NCBI GenBank assembly: GCA_030682495.1
Contig: JAUXOC010000026.1
Coordinates: 15,129 to 79,128, forward strand
DNA from: Alphaproteobacteria bacterium
GTDB taxonomy: Bacteria; Pseudomonadota; Alphaproteobacteria; Micavibrionales; UBA2020
DNA length: 64,000 nt
Direction of reading: 5' to 3'
Every line of letters starts with the position of its first letter. Within the stretch, counting starts at the first letter, position 1. Shown here in pieces: positions 1-8,949 of this stretch. The translations under genes were made by a program, and so were the position numbers. The notes under the pieces were generated by a model. That model did no database searches, was not told where the DNA came from, and saw nothing but the letters and a program-made list of their open reading frames with translations.

Positions 1-387
1 GAACAATTGGGTTTCACCGCCCACCGCGGCGAAGGCACCGTTCGCTGGAGCCGCCATTTGCGCAGTAAAGCCGGCGGTTCCCCAACCAGTGGCGCCCACG
101 ATACCGTTACCAAACTGGCCGGCAGCGGTCGGCTCGCAGATCGTGCCTGCGCAACCCGGCAGACGGTTTGCCGTGTTGGGCATATCGCCCGGCATGGCGT
201 TATAGGCGTCACGGAAGGTGGTGACAGCCGCTTCGTAGGATTTAACCTGTGCAACGGTCGAGGTGACACGTGCGTTTTCCATCAGTTCCTGGCCCTTCAG
301 AATCCCGCCGATCAGAAGACCAATGATGGTCATCACGATGGCCAATTCCACAAGGGTGAAACCCTTTTGTGTGTGAATCGATTTCAT
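1..387 (-). CDS. Type IV pilin / pseudopilin-like protein (class III signal peptide); 3' end runs off the window
   Basis: Absent from the ORF track because it has no stop codon inside the window. The reverse complement from ATG 387-385 reads MKSIHTQKG/FTLVELAIVMTIIGLLIGGILKGQELMENARV.... This is a short basic leader ending in Gly, then F-T-L-x-E and a hydrophobic helix, i.e. the prepilin cleavage/N-methylation motif. The frame stays open to position 1 (129 codons). The + strand ORF 7..432 is its antisense shadow. Confidence 0.85.
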   Translation of the reverse strand, partial: MKSIHTQKGFTLVELAIVMTIIGLLIGGILKGQELMENARVTSTVAQVKSYEAAVTTFRDAYNAMPGDMPNTANRLPGCAGTICEPTAAGQFGNGIVGATGWGTAGFTAQMAAPANGAFAAVGGETQLF

Positions 388-634
388 GTATTCGCTCCCC
401 AAGGTTGTTTGCGTTTGAATAGTCGTCTCTAAGTCCGGTATGAATTACCCCGTTTTGCGCAAAGGCTTTGAAAAAGCCCTATTGCCACGCAAGTCAGTCA
501 TCAGTCTGGTGACCCAAAGTCTATAATTCAACAAAAAAGTTAAATGATTCCTTAAAGACCCTTCTTTTATTTCTCAGACTGACAAAATGAGCACGTACTA
601 TTGACATATGTTTTTGTTATTGAAAATTTTTTCC

Positions 635-648
635 TGTACGCGCGTACA
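635..648. promoter_or_regulatory. Perfect 14-bp palindrome TGTACGCGCGTACA in the AT-rich region upstream of the pilin gene (candidate operator)
   Basis: Read directly from the sequence. It is flanked by facing TTGACA hexamers (601-606 on +, 659-664 on -). No binding protein can be assigned. Confidence 0.25.
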
Positions 649-840
649 AGCTTAACATTGTCAAGATGAGGAAATGAGAGTTCTCAGTTTGTCTGAAATA
701 AGGGATTTTCACCTTGCGCAAAGACGCCTAAATCCGGTTTCGGCCAAGTTTTTTAGCGTGCGACTCGGCGCTCCACTGTACGAAATGAGAAGCCCGTGGA
801 TATTTTGGTAAGCCCGCATCACGAAATGAGAATTATTTTA

Positions 841-953
841 GGCGATTATCCCTTTGAAGCACGTACCCTGTCATACCGGCAGCATGCTTTGCATGCGGGG
901 CATGCTGCCGGTATGACGAAAAGAAGAATGCGTGCTTTAAAGGGATAATCGCC
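841..953. mobile_element. Nested-palindrome intergenic element (MITE-like), copy 1, full length
   Basis: Terminal inverted repeats are GGCGATTATCCCTTTGAAGCACG and CGTGCTTTAAAGGGATAATCGCC (1 mismatch). The core hairpin is GTCATACCGGCAGCATGC (870-887) paired with GCATGCTGCCGGTATGAC (900-917). It is flanked by a perfect 8-bp direct repeat TTATTTTA (833-840 and 954-961). The right repeat contains the stop codon of the AraC-type gene. Confidence 0.8.
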
Positions 954-2039
954 TTATTTTATGTCGTTTTTTGCATGTGTTTGCCGCCATGTACTGGGCG
1001 TTTCACCCGTGACGTCGCGAAAGACGCGGTTAAACGACGCCAGCGAATTAAATCCGGCGTCCGATGCGACCATCTGTATAGGGATCGACGAATCGGCCAG
1101 CATGCGCTTGGCATCTTCGATACGGTATTCATTGAGCAGCTTCGGCAGGCTGCGGCCAAAGGCCGCGTTGATGACTTTCGATACGGTACTTTCCGATGCC
1201 CCCACTTCGCGCGCCAGATCGGCACGGCTGAAGGCATGTTCCTGATAGACTTTGTCCATTTCCATCAGGATGCGGATTTTATCTGCAATCACGCGTTCCT
1301 CATCGCTGAGCGCCAAAAGTTTTGCGCGTGATGACGTGCTGAGCGACACTGGCGGCGGATAGACACGAAACAGCGTCGTTGTCGCCAGATAGCAAAAAGC
1401 GATACCGAGCGTCACCAGCAGCGCATCTGCCTCGTCGCTTTTGATTTGTTCGGCCGAGCGCATAAAGCTGATGACCAGCGCCAGCAGATTGACGCCCACC
1501 AACATCATCACCAGCCAATATCTTTCACGCCCGCCCTTGATGCGCCAGAGATCGACAAAGATATTCTTCCGCAGCCAGAGCGCCAGAATAGAAACCGCCC
1601 CCGCCATCGACCCCGTCAAATACAAAAGATCTTGCAAGCTGCTACACCCGACAAGGCCGTTTTTGCAGCCGCCCGTGAGGGGCAAGGTCACAACCGCCAA
1701 AAAAATGGCGCCGGGCAGCGTCAGCAAAACCAGAAAGTGGCGCGCAGGGGGTAAATCGATAAGCCGCACGACCTGAAGCACCAGAAGATAGCAAAGCGGC
1801 GGCCCCATCGCCCAGCAGAACCAGAGCGCATAGCGGATGGTCTGCGCGTAATCTTCAAGCCGGAGCGCGAACTGAAAACCAAAGGCGGCGGCCAAAAACA
1901 GAAAATAGATGATCGGAATAAAAGCCTGCCGCCAATTCCGTACGCGGAACAGGATATAAACCAAAATCAGGACACTTTGCACGAGCCCCGTGATGGCGAG
2001 CCATTCGATCAGGCTGAACGTGACGGTATAATTCAGCAT
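954..2039 (-). CDS. Membrane-anchored AraC/XylS-family transcriptional regulator
   Basis: The N-terminal ~230 aa carry multiple hydrophobic helices. The C-terminus is a typical AraC double HTH (FSRADLAREVGASESTVSKVINAAFGRSLPKLLNEYRIEDAKRMLADSSIPIQMVASDAGFNSLASFNRVFRDVTGETPSTWRQ). Confidence 0.8.
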   Translation of the reverse strand: MLNYTVTFSLIEWLAITGLVQSVLILVYILFRVRNWRQAFIPIIYFLFLAAAFGFQFALRLEDYAQTIRYALWFCWAMGPPLCYLLVLQVVRLIDLPPARHFLVLLTLPGAIFLAVVTLPLTGGCKNGLVGCSSLQDLLYLTGSMAGAVSILALWLRKNIFVDLWRIKGGRERYWLVMMLVGVNLLALVISFMRSAEQIKSDEADALLVTLGIAFCYLATTTLFRVYPPPVSLSTSSRAKLLALSDEERVIADKIRILMEMDKVYQEHAFSRADLAREVGASESTVSKVINAAFGRSLPKLLNEYRIEDAKRMLADSSIPIQMVASDAGFNSLASFNRVFRDVTGETPSTWRQTHAKNDIK

Positions 2040-2093
2040 GGCCTATCTTCTCACAGCGACGGCGCGGGGCGCAAGCCGTTCCGCAGCCTCGCC

Positions 2094-2882
2094 TCAGGGA
2101 AGCGGCGCGGGCAGGGTGACGCGGGACTCCGACGAGCTGCGCATCAGGTCCTGACCGCGCATATTGATGATTTGTTGTACCTCTACTGCCGGCACGTCCA
2201 ACTCTTCGATCAGATAGTCACGCATATAACTGACCTCGTTCGGGTGCAGTCCGGTGGCGGTCATCAGAATCTCCTCAATCAGGCGGCGGGCGGTCTGTTT
2301 TTCGCCCTGCTCCGCCAGTACAAAGGCCGGCATCTGCCGCGCCCAGGCAGGCAGAACGTCGCCGATAGGCTGCATCCGGCTGAGAACATAGGCCATATCA
2401 AGGGCCAGCGGCAGGTTATCCATGCGGTGGCGCGCCAGAAAAATCGCATGCGCCAGCCAGCGCCATTTATTGCCGGCAGGGTTCTGCCCGATCGTGCCCA
2501 GATATTCTACCACGACGGCGATATCTTCGGGTTTTTGCGTGGCGCCGAAGTAATAGGCGGCCATCATCGGCACATGGTTCGAAGCCGGATCAAGCCCGTG
2601 CAAAAGCCAGAACCACTGCCCCAGCTTTTGATAGTCGTAATCTTTGATCGCGGTGATGCGTCCGCCAGAGCTGCCGAGGTTTTGCAAGGTAATCGCGCCG
2701 AAGCGGTAGGAGAATTGTTCGTCGCCCAGCGTCATGATGCGCGCGCCGTTTTTCGTCGGCACAGGCGGTACGCCGCCCCAATGCGCGGATGTTTCATGCG
2801 CGCCGAACCAGAAGGCAACATTGAGCACAAGCGCCAGCCCAAGACATACAGAAATCCGGAGACGAAGGCCGCGGCCGCCCAT
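2094..2882 (-). CDS. Hypothetical protein with an N-terminal TM/signal anchor, co-transcribed with the pilus-locus permease
   Basis: 262-aa ORF. Its start overlaps the stop of the upstream permease gene (TGATG at 2884-2880). I recognise no family motif. Confidence 0.55.
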   Translation of the reverse strand: MGGRGLRLRISVCLGLALVLNVAFWFGAHETSAHWGGVPPVPTKNGARIMTLGDEQFSYRFGAITLQNLGSSGGRITAIKDYDYQKLGQWFWLLHGLDPASNHVPMMAAYYFGATQKPEDIAVVVEYLGTIGQNPAGNKWRWLAHAIFLARHRMDNLPLALDMAYVLSRMQPIGDVLPAWARQMPAFVLAEQGEKQTARRLIEEILMTATGLHPNEVSYMRDYLIEELDVPAVEVQQIINMRGQDLMRSSSESRVTLPAPLP

Positions 2883-3703
2883 CAGAATTCCCGCCGCGCG
2901 AAATCAAAGGCCGCCGCCGCCAGCAGCAGCGCGATAAAGACAGCCCCCTGCGCCAAAATAAAACCCGAAACGCCGAGCATATCCACCATGGCAATAGCAT
3001 AGGCGCTCGCTTTGTCACCGAGCGCGACACCGCCTGCCCCCTCCACGCCATAGACCAGCCACGAGGTCTGACCCATGATGTCAAGACGCGGTACGATCAC
3101 CGAAATCAGATCCATCAGGTTGTTGAGAAGCGCGAAGACCATATTATCCGGTGGCTGCGCGGCGATGCCCAGCAGCATACCGATCAGACGGCACAGCACG
3201 TAAAAGCCCAGCGTGGCCAGCGCCGCACCCGATGCACTTGACAGCACCATCGAAAAAAACAGCGCGGCGGTTGCCATGATAATATTTTCAATGCCGATGC
3301 TTAGAATCCAGACGACCAATCCCGCGGGATTTGGTTTGCCCATAAAGAAAACGGCCACGCCGACTGCCGCCGTGATCGCAAGCGCAATAATCTTGAAGGC
3401 CAGTGCATGGCTGAGAAGAAACGTCATGCGGGAAATCGGGCGCGACAGCAGGAACTCGACTTCTTTCGTGTCAAAGGCGCGGCGCATGTAAAAGCAGACA
3501 AAAAGAACGATGCCGAGCACCCCGAGGAAGCGCAGCCCTCCCGCGCCAAAGACGACGGAGAAGCTTTCCTGCTCGGTCATGCCAGAGGCGCCGAGAAAGA
3601 CGGAGACGCCGGCGCCGAGCAGAATCATCAGCATCAGGGTCATCACCAGCTTGTCGCGCAAGGCGGCGGTCAGAATGAATCCGATCAGCGGACGCGACAC
3701 CAT
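2882..3703 (-). CDS. Polytopic membrane protein, ABC-2-type transporter permease-like
   Basis: 273 aa with about 6 hydrophobic helices and no ATPase motifs. The length and topology fit ABC-2 permeases. The family call is an inference from architecture and from the orphan ABC ATPase in the same locus. Confidence 0.5.
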   Translation of the reverse strand: MVSRPLIGFILTAALRDKLVMTLMLMILLGAGVSVFLGASGMTEQESFSVVFGAGGLRFLGVLGIVLFVCFYMRRAFDTKEVEFLLSRPISRMTFLLSHALAFKIIALAITAAVGVAVFFMGKPNPAGLVVWILSIGIENIIMATAALFFSMVLSSASGAALATLGFYVLCRLIGMLLGIAAQPPDNMVFALLNNLMDLISVIVPRLDIMGQTSWLVYGVEGAGGVALGDKASAYAIAMVDMLGVSGFILAQGAVFIALLLAAAAFDFARREF

Positions 3704-3745
3704 AATGTCAAGACCTCCGGTTAAAAGAGAGAAAAGCGGCTCGGC

Positions 3746-5593
3746 TTACATACGCGCCGGACGGCGATCCTGGCTGAACGTGTGGTACAGCTTGCGATCC
3801 ATCTCGTCGATGTTGGAGCCCGGCACGATCTGCGCCTTGATGAAGATCACCAGCTCCGACTTTTCGATGCGGTCGAAATGGCTGCCGAAAGCCTTGCCGA
3901 TCAGCGGCAGGTCGGACAGGACAGGAATGCCCTGCGTTTCAACCGAGTTGGAATCGCGCATCAAACCACCCATGACCATGATCTGGCCCGACTGGATACG
4001 CAGCACGGAATCGATTTCCTGCACAGCCACTTCGGGGATCTGGTTCGGCGGCGCGTTCGACGGGTCGATACCGTTGAAGACCAGCGCCAACGGAATGGTC
4101 GGATCCTGAATAAAGCCGGTGATCTTGGAGATAGACGGGCGCACCGTCAGCAGGATCTCGCCGGTATCGGGGTTTGCCGTCGGCACCACTGTCATCAGAA
4201 CCCCTTCGGGGATACCTTTTTGCGTGCTGTCGATGGCAATACGCGGCGCCAGATCGGTCGTCCCCTCGGTGATCTGTACGTCGAATTCGAAATACACGTT
4301 GTTTTGCGCAACGTTGACGATGGCCGGCTGGTTGTTCAATACCGTTACACGCGGGCTGGACAGCGCGCGCACTGTGCCGAAGCGGCTGATTGCCTGCATA
4401 GCTGCCTGCACATCGCCAGCCTTGATCGCGCCGGAGAAGGAACCGCTGGGCGTTGGCGTCAGCGACGGCAGGGGGAAGCTGCCAACGACCGTTGAAAGAC
4501 CGGTCAGGTTCATCAGACTCCAGTCGATACCCGTCGCAAACTCGTCATTGAGGTCAACTTGCAAAACCTTCGCCTCGATCAACACCAGCGTTGTGGCGCG
4601 CGAACGGAAGGCATCGAGGAATCTCTTGACCAGCCTATGCTGGCGGTCAGATGCGAAAACGCTAACGATGCCGGATTGCTTGGTAATGGCAAAGGTGGCA
4701 GGCGCGTTCGGCACAAGAGGTTCTGCAGCAGGCGTCGAAATGTTCAATGTCGGCGACTGCGCGGCCGGCAACGGTGCCACACGCGGGTCACCCGGGCGTG
4801 GCGGCGGCACAGAGTTAGGATCTTCGGGGTTGAAAGGTTGCGGCTGTGGCAGCGGGTTGACAGGCATCGCAACAGGGTCTCGCAATGTCGCCAGCGATGT
4901 CTGCGTATCCGAAGCCGTCAGGATTTGCTCCAGACCTTCGGAAAGCTCTTTCCACAAATCGCCTTCCAGCGCTGAGGATACGGAAGAGCTGGAGCCGCCG
5001 GATGCAGTGGCTTCTGTCGTATCACCCGCAGAAGAACTAAGCGAGATCTCGGTCGAGATCGAGCTGGTCTGTTTGCGGGTAGAGCCGATATAATCCACTG
5101 AATAGTTTTTCACGTAGGGACGGTCAAGTTCGACGCGCAGCACATCGTTTTCGTAGCGGTAACGCAGGCCCGACATTTCGCAGATACGATCAACGACCTG
5201 ATTGAAAGGTCTGTCGCGCGCGGTGAAGATGATGGAGCCGCGGATTTGCGGATCCAGTTCAATATCCACATCGGCCTGATGCGCGAGTTCAAACATAAGG
5301 TCGCGCAGCGAAACGGTCTGGTTGACCGAGACCGTCACCAGCGGCGAGGGCAATTGCAATTCGGCAGGCGTTGCGACAACAGGCTGAAAATCGGGAATAC
5401 TTTCTTTGTTATCCTGCGGAAGATGCACGGGCGCCATGATGTCGCGGTACATCTGCTTGCTCGCCTCGGCGCTGCGGTCATGATCTTTGAACTGGTTTTT
5501 CGCAAGCTGGCAGCTGGCCAGAAACGCAACGAGCCCCACAGACAACATAAGGCGGGCAGCGCGGCGGCCAAAGCCGGAGGAGGAAAAGATCAT
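3746..5593 (-). CDS. Outer-membrane secretin, lipoprotein type (MshL/GspD-like)
   Basis: Lipobox ...LVAFLASC at the N-terminus. The C-terminal secretin domain shows LIEAKVLQVDLNDEFATGIDWS, SSPRVTVLNNQPAIVNV, GIPVLSDLPLIGKAFG and ELVIFIKAQIV. No AMIN-like N-terminal repeats are evident. Confidence 0.9.
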   Translation of the reverse strand: MIFSSSGFGRRAARLMLSVGLVAFLASCQLAKNQFKDHDRSAEASKQMYRDIMAPVHLPQDNKESIPDFQPVVATPAELQLPSPLVTVSVNQTVSLRDLMFELAHQADVDIELDPQIRGSIIFTARDRPFNQVVDRICEMSGLRYRYENDVLRVELDRPYVKNYSVDYIGSTRKQTSSISTEISLSSSAGDTTEATASGGSSSSVSSALEGDLWKELSEGLEQILTASDTQTSLATLRDPVAMPVNPLPQPQPFNPEDPNSVPPPRPGDPRVAPLPAAQSPTLNISTPAAEPLVPNAPATFAITKQSGIVSVFASDRQHRLVKRFLDAFRSRATTLVLIEAKVLQVDLNDEFATGIDWSLMNLTGLSTVVGSFPLPSLTPTPSGSFSGAIKAGDVQAAMQAISRFGTVRALSSPRVTVLNNQPAIVNVAQNNVYFEFDVQITEGTTDLAPRIAIDSTQKGIPEGVLMTVVPTANPDTGEILLTVRPSISKITGFIQDPTIPLALVFNGIDPSNAPPNQIPEVAVQEIDSVLRIQSGQIMVMGGLMRDSNSVETQGIPVLSDLPLIGKAFGSHFDRIEKSELVIFIKAQIVPGSNIDEMDRKLYHTFSQDRRPARM

Positions 5594-5685
5594 GACGACA
5601 ATATCCGATTTTTCAATGTGTTATATGGATGCTCTCGGCAGGACCGGGGAACCGGCACAAGCCTTGGATTGTAAGCAACACATTG

Positions 5686-6807
5686 TTACAGAGACAGTTT
5701 GGACGTGTCAACGTTCGCCATGTCTTTGGAGCCGCTGCTCAGCTTAAATTGCTGGATTTTCATTTTCATATCTGTCTGGGTGTCGGCTTCGTCAATGGCG
5801 GTTTTTTCAGAAATAACCCCTTCCGCGAAAAGACGGAAAATAGACTGGTCAAAGGAGACCATGCCGGCCGGTCCGCCATTTGTCAGAACTTCGCGAATTT
5901 TTGTGGTTTCGCCCTTGAGAATCAATTCGCGGATGAGCGCTTCGTTGAGCAAAATTTCCATCGCCACAACCATACCGCCATCCAGAGAGCGCACAAGACG
6001 CTGTGCGACAATCGCGCGCAGGTTCATCGACAGCGCGATGCGCACCTGCTGCTGGCGTTCTTCGGGGAAGAGGTTGATGATCCGCTCGATCGCCTGCGAG
6101 GCGTTGTTGGTGTGAATCGTGGCAAGGCACAGGTGGCCGGTTTCGGCGGCGGCGATGGTCTGTTCCATCACTTCGAAATCCCGCACCTCGCCAACCATGA
6201 TAACATCCGGCTTCTGGCGCAGCGCGTTCTTGAGCGCGATATGATAGGACGCGGTATCGATACCGACTTCGCGCTGGGTGATGATGCCTTTTTTGTGCTC
6301 GTGATAGTATTCGATCGGATCTTCGATCGTCACGATATGCCCGCCGATGTTCATGTTGCGGTAATCGACCATCGATGCCAGCGTCGTCGATTTACCCGAC
6401 GAGGTCACGCCCGACACCATGATAAGACCACGTTTTTCGACTGACAATTTTTCAAGAATTTTCGGTAGCCGCAAATCCGCAAAGCTCGGAATCTTGCTGG
6501 TGATGCGGCGGATCACAAGGCCGGTATGCTGGCGCTGGCGCAAAACGTTGACACGGAAACGCCCTTCCTTGCCCATGTCGAAGGCGAGGTTCAGCTCCAT
6601 GTTTGAATCGAATTCGCGGCGTTGCCGGCTGGTCAGCACTTCGTTGAGCATGGCCTGCACGTCTTCTTCCTGCAACACCTGTTCGCCCAGCTGGAGAAGA
6701 TCGTCCTTGATGCGCAGCGTCGGCGCCACGCCGACCGTCAGATAGAGGTCGGAGGCCTCTTTCTTTATCATCTCGTTCAGATATGCGTAAATCGCAACGC
6801 CGCTCAA
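5686..6807 (-). CDS. pilU: PilT-family retraction ATPase, PilU-like
   Basis: Walker A GVTSSGKST, Walker B/Asp box PDVIMVGEVRD, His box GHLCLATIHTN. It lacks the PilT AIRNLIRE signature and has ALIRELILKG instead. Its start overlaps the pilT stop by 4 nt. Confidence 0.85.
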   Translation of the reverse strand: MSGVAIYAYLNEMIKKEASDLYLTVGVAPTLRIKDDLLQLGEQVLQEEDVQAMLNEVLTSRQRREFDSNMELNLAFDMGKEGRFRVNVLRQRQHTGLVIRRITSKIPSFADLRLPKILEKLSVEKRGLIMVSGVTSSGKSTTLASMVDYRNMNIGGHIVTIEDPIEYYHEHKKGIITQREVGIDTASYHIALKNALRQKPDVIMVGEVRDFEVMEQTIAAAETGHLCLATIHTNNASQAIERIINLFPEERQQQVRIALSMNLRAIVAQRLVRSLDGGMVVAMEILLNEALIRELILKGETTKIREVLTNGGPAGMVSFDQSIFRLFAEGVISEKTAIDEADTQTDMKMKIQQFKLSSGSKDMANVDTSKLSL

Positions 6808-8000
6808 AACGAATAGCCTCCGTCCGGTTCACCCTTTTCATCCACCGTCGGCGCCGGCGGCGCAGAGGGCTTCATGCCGCCCAAAATCGGGCTGGTCTTT
6901 TTCGCCGGTGCGGGCGGCGGCGGTGCCTTGGCGGCATGCGTTTGCGTGCCGTCCGATTGTTCTGCCGTGTCTTCCGCACCGCTCTTGAGCGCGTTATGTG
7001 CGGTTTCGGCCGAGATCAGACCGCTTTCCAGGAGGTCATTCACCGAATCTTCCATCGTCTGCATGCCATAGCGCGAACCGGTCTGGATCATCGAATAAAT
7101 CTGCGCCAGCTGGTTTTCACGGATCAGGTTGCGAATAGCGTTACTGCCAACCATGATTTCATGCGCGGCCACGCGGCCGCCGCCTTCTTTGGACAGCAGC
7201 GTCTGCGAGATGATCCCCTGAATGGAACTGGAGAGCATCGCACGTACCATTTCCTTTTCCGCCGCCGGAAACACGTCGATGATACGGTCGATGGTTTTGG
7301 ATGCGGTGTTGGAGTGCAGCGTACCGAAGACAAGGTGCCCCGTTTCCGCCGCGGTCAGGGCGAGAGAAATCGTTTCGTGGTCGCGCATCTCCCCCACCAG
7401 AATAACGTCCGGGTCTTCACGCAGCGCGCTTTTAAGTGCGCGGGAGAAGCTGCGGGTGTCGTTGCCGACTTCGCGGTGGTTGACCAGCGCACGTTTGGAC
7501 GGGTGAAAAAATTCCACCGGATCCTCGACGGTCAGAATATGCGATGCATCGTTTTCGTTGATGTGGTTGATCATCGACGCCAGCGTGGTCGACTTACCCG
7601 AACCGGTCGGGCCGGTCACAAGCACAAGCCCCTTTTCAAGCTCGGCCAGACGGCGCATGACAGGCGGCAAATCGAGCTGCTCCATTGTCGGAATTTTGGT
7701 CGGAATAACACGCAGCACCGCAGCGGAGCCCGCGCGGTTGGTAAAGGCGTTGACACGAAAACGGGCGTCTTCGCCAAGCGCGATCGCGAAGTCATGTTCC
7801 AGCTCGCGTTCATAAACGGCGCGCTGTTCCTCGGTCATGATCGAAAACAGCATGGCGCGGATCTGGTCGGCGGTCAGGGCATCGGTCTTGATGCGCTGAA
7901 GCTCGCCATCGATACGCACGATCGGCTGGTTATTGCCGCTCAGGTGCAAGTCCGAGCCCTTGTTATCAAGCGTGAATTTGAGAAGTTCGGTGATTTCCAC
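6804..8000 (-). CDS. pilT: Twitching-motility retraction ATPase PilT with a Pro-rich C-terminal extension
   Basis: N-terminus MEITELLKFTLDNKGSDLHL, Walker A GPTGSGKST, PDVILVGEMRD, GHLVFGTLHSN, and the AIRNLIRE motif. The ~50 extra C-terminal residues are rich in Pro/Ala/Lys. Confidence 0.9.
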   Translation of the reverse strand: MEITELLKFTLDNKGSDLHLSGNNQPIVRIDGELQRIKTDALTADQIRAMLFSIMTEEQRAVYERELEHDFAIALGEDARFRVNAFTNRAGSAAVLRVIPTKIPTMEQLDLPPVMRRLAELEKGLVLVTGPTGSGKSTTLASMINHINENDASHILTVEDPVEFFHPSKRALVNHREVGNDTRSFSRALKSALREDPDVILVGEMRDHETISLALTAAETGHLVFGTLHSNTASKTIDRIIDVFPAAEKEMVRAMLSSSIQGIISQTLLSKEGGGRVAAHEIMVGSNAIRNLIRENQLAQIYSMIQTGSRYGMQTMEDSVNDLLESGLISAETAHNALKSGAEDTAEQSDGTQTHAAKAPPPPAPAKKTSPILGGMKPSAPPAPTVDEKGEPDGGYSF

Positions 8001-8136
8001 AAGAGCCCCCTTTGACAGCTTCTTTTTTATGCAGGCCGCCGCTTTTCACACGCGCCGGACACGATTATCCCCTGTACAAGATTAGCGACATAAGCTGAAA
8101 AAAGGGTAAATAAATTTAAACCTTTATCGCCGTTTC

Positions 8137-8949
8137 TTATATGACAACAAAATAGAGCCCGCGCCACAAAAGAACAGCGAGGAAGGCCGCAATCAGCGCA
8201 GGGCCGAAGGGAAACTCCGCCTCGCGCATTATTTTTTTCCACAAAAGCGCAATGACCACGCCAAGCGCGCCGGACAGCAGCAGGAAAGCCGCGAGAGAAT
8301 CAGCCGAAAGACCGAGCCATATGCCCGCCGCGGCGAAAAACTTAACATCGCCCAGACCGAGCGCTTCCTTGCCGGTCGCCTTCAGAAATATATAGCGCAG
8401 TGCGAAAGACCCCGCGCCGTAGAGCAGCCCCGCCGCCGCCGCCTGCCCCAGCATGGACAGCAGATGCGCGGGCGCGTCAAAGGCCTCCAGCGAGGCCACT
8501 GCAATCGCCGCAAGCCCTGCCGCTGCAACGGCGATATTCAGCACGTCCGGCAAAATTTTATGACGGAAATCAATATCTGCCATCGCCACCAGCGCGGGCG
8601 CCAGCGCAAAGGCGCACAGCGTCACCGCCGAGAAACCGAACGTAAAGTGAAAGATGATACACAGTGCCAGCGTCGCAAGCTCGATCAGCGGGTAACGCCA
8701 GCCCACCGGTGCGCGGCAGTAACGGCAGTGGCCGCCCAGCGTCATCCATGAAAAGAGAGGCACCAGATCGCGCGCGCGCAGGTCATGCCCGCAGGAAGGG
8801 CAACTGGAGCGGGCTTTTTTGGCGAGCGGCACGCCGCGCGGCAGACGCCAGGCCAGCGCCGTAGCGAAACTGCCAAGGCAGAGGCCCAGCAAAACCGTGG
8901 TCAGGTAAAAAAAGAACGCAGGCAGCGGAACGTCGCCGGCCATGGTCAT
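8137..8949 (-). CDS. pilD: Prepilin peptidase / N-methyltransferase (A24 family)
   Basis: CPSC...CRYC cysteine pairs are present. Two catalytic-Asp contexts occur in a polytopic protein (ADIDFRHKILPD and GLGDVKFFAAAG). Confidence 0.9.
   Translation of the reverse strand: MTMAGDVPLPAFFFYLTTVLLGLCLGSFATALAWRLPRGVPLAKKARSSCPSCGHDLRARDLVPLFSWMTLGGHCRYCRAPVGWRYPLIELATLALCIIFHFTFGFSAVTLCAFALAPALVAMADIDFRHKILPDVLNIAVAAAGLAAIAVASLEAFDAPAHLLSMLGQAAAAGLLYGAGSFALRYIFLKATGKEALGLGDVKFFAAAGIWLGLSADSLAAFLLLSGALGVVIALLWKKIMREAEFPFGPALIAAFLAVLLWRGLYFVVI

Noticed and set aside
7-432. 141-aa + strand ORF at the left edge
   Set aside because: It is Arg/Gly/His-rich with no recognisable motif. The opposite strand encodes a textbook prepilin N-terminus (MKSIHTQKG/FTLVELAIVM...) in an open frame, so this ORF is an antisense shadow.
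440-520. Sigma54 (-24/-12) promoter for the pilin gene
   Set aside because: The best candidate (TGGCAATAGGGCTTTT on the minus strand) lacks the GC of the -12 element at the required GG-N10-GC spacing.
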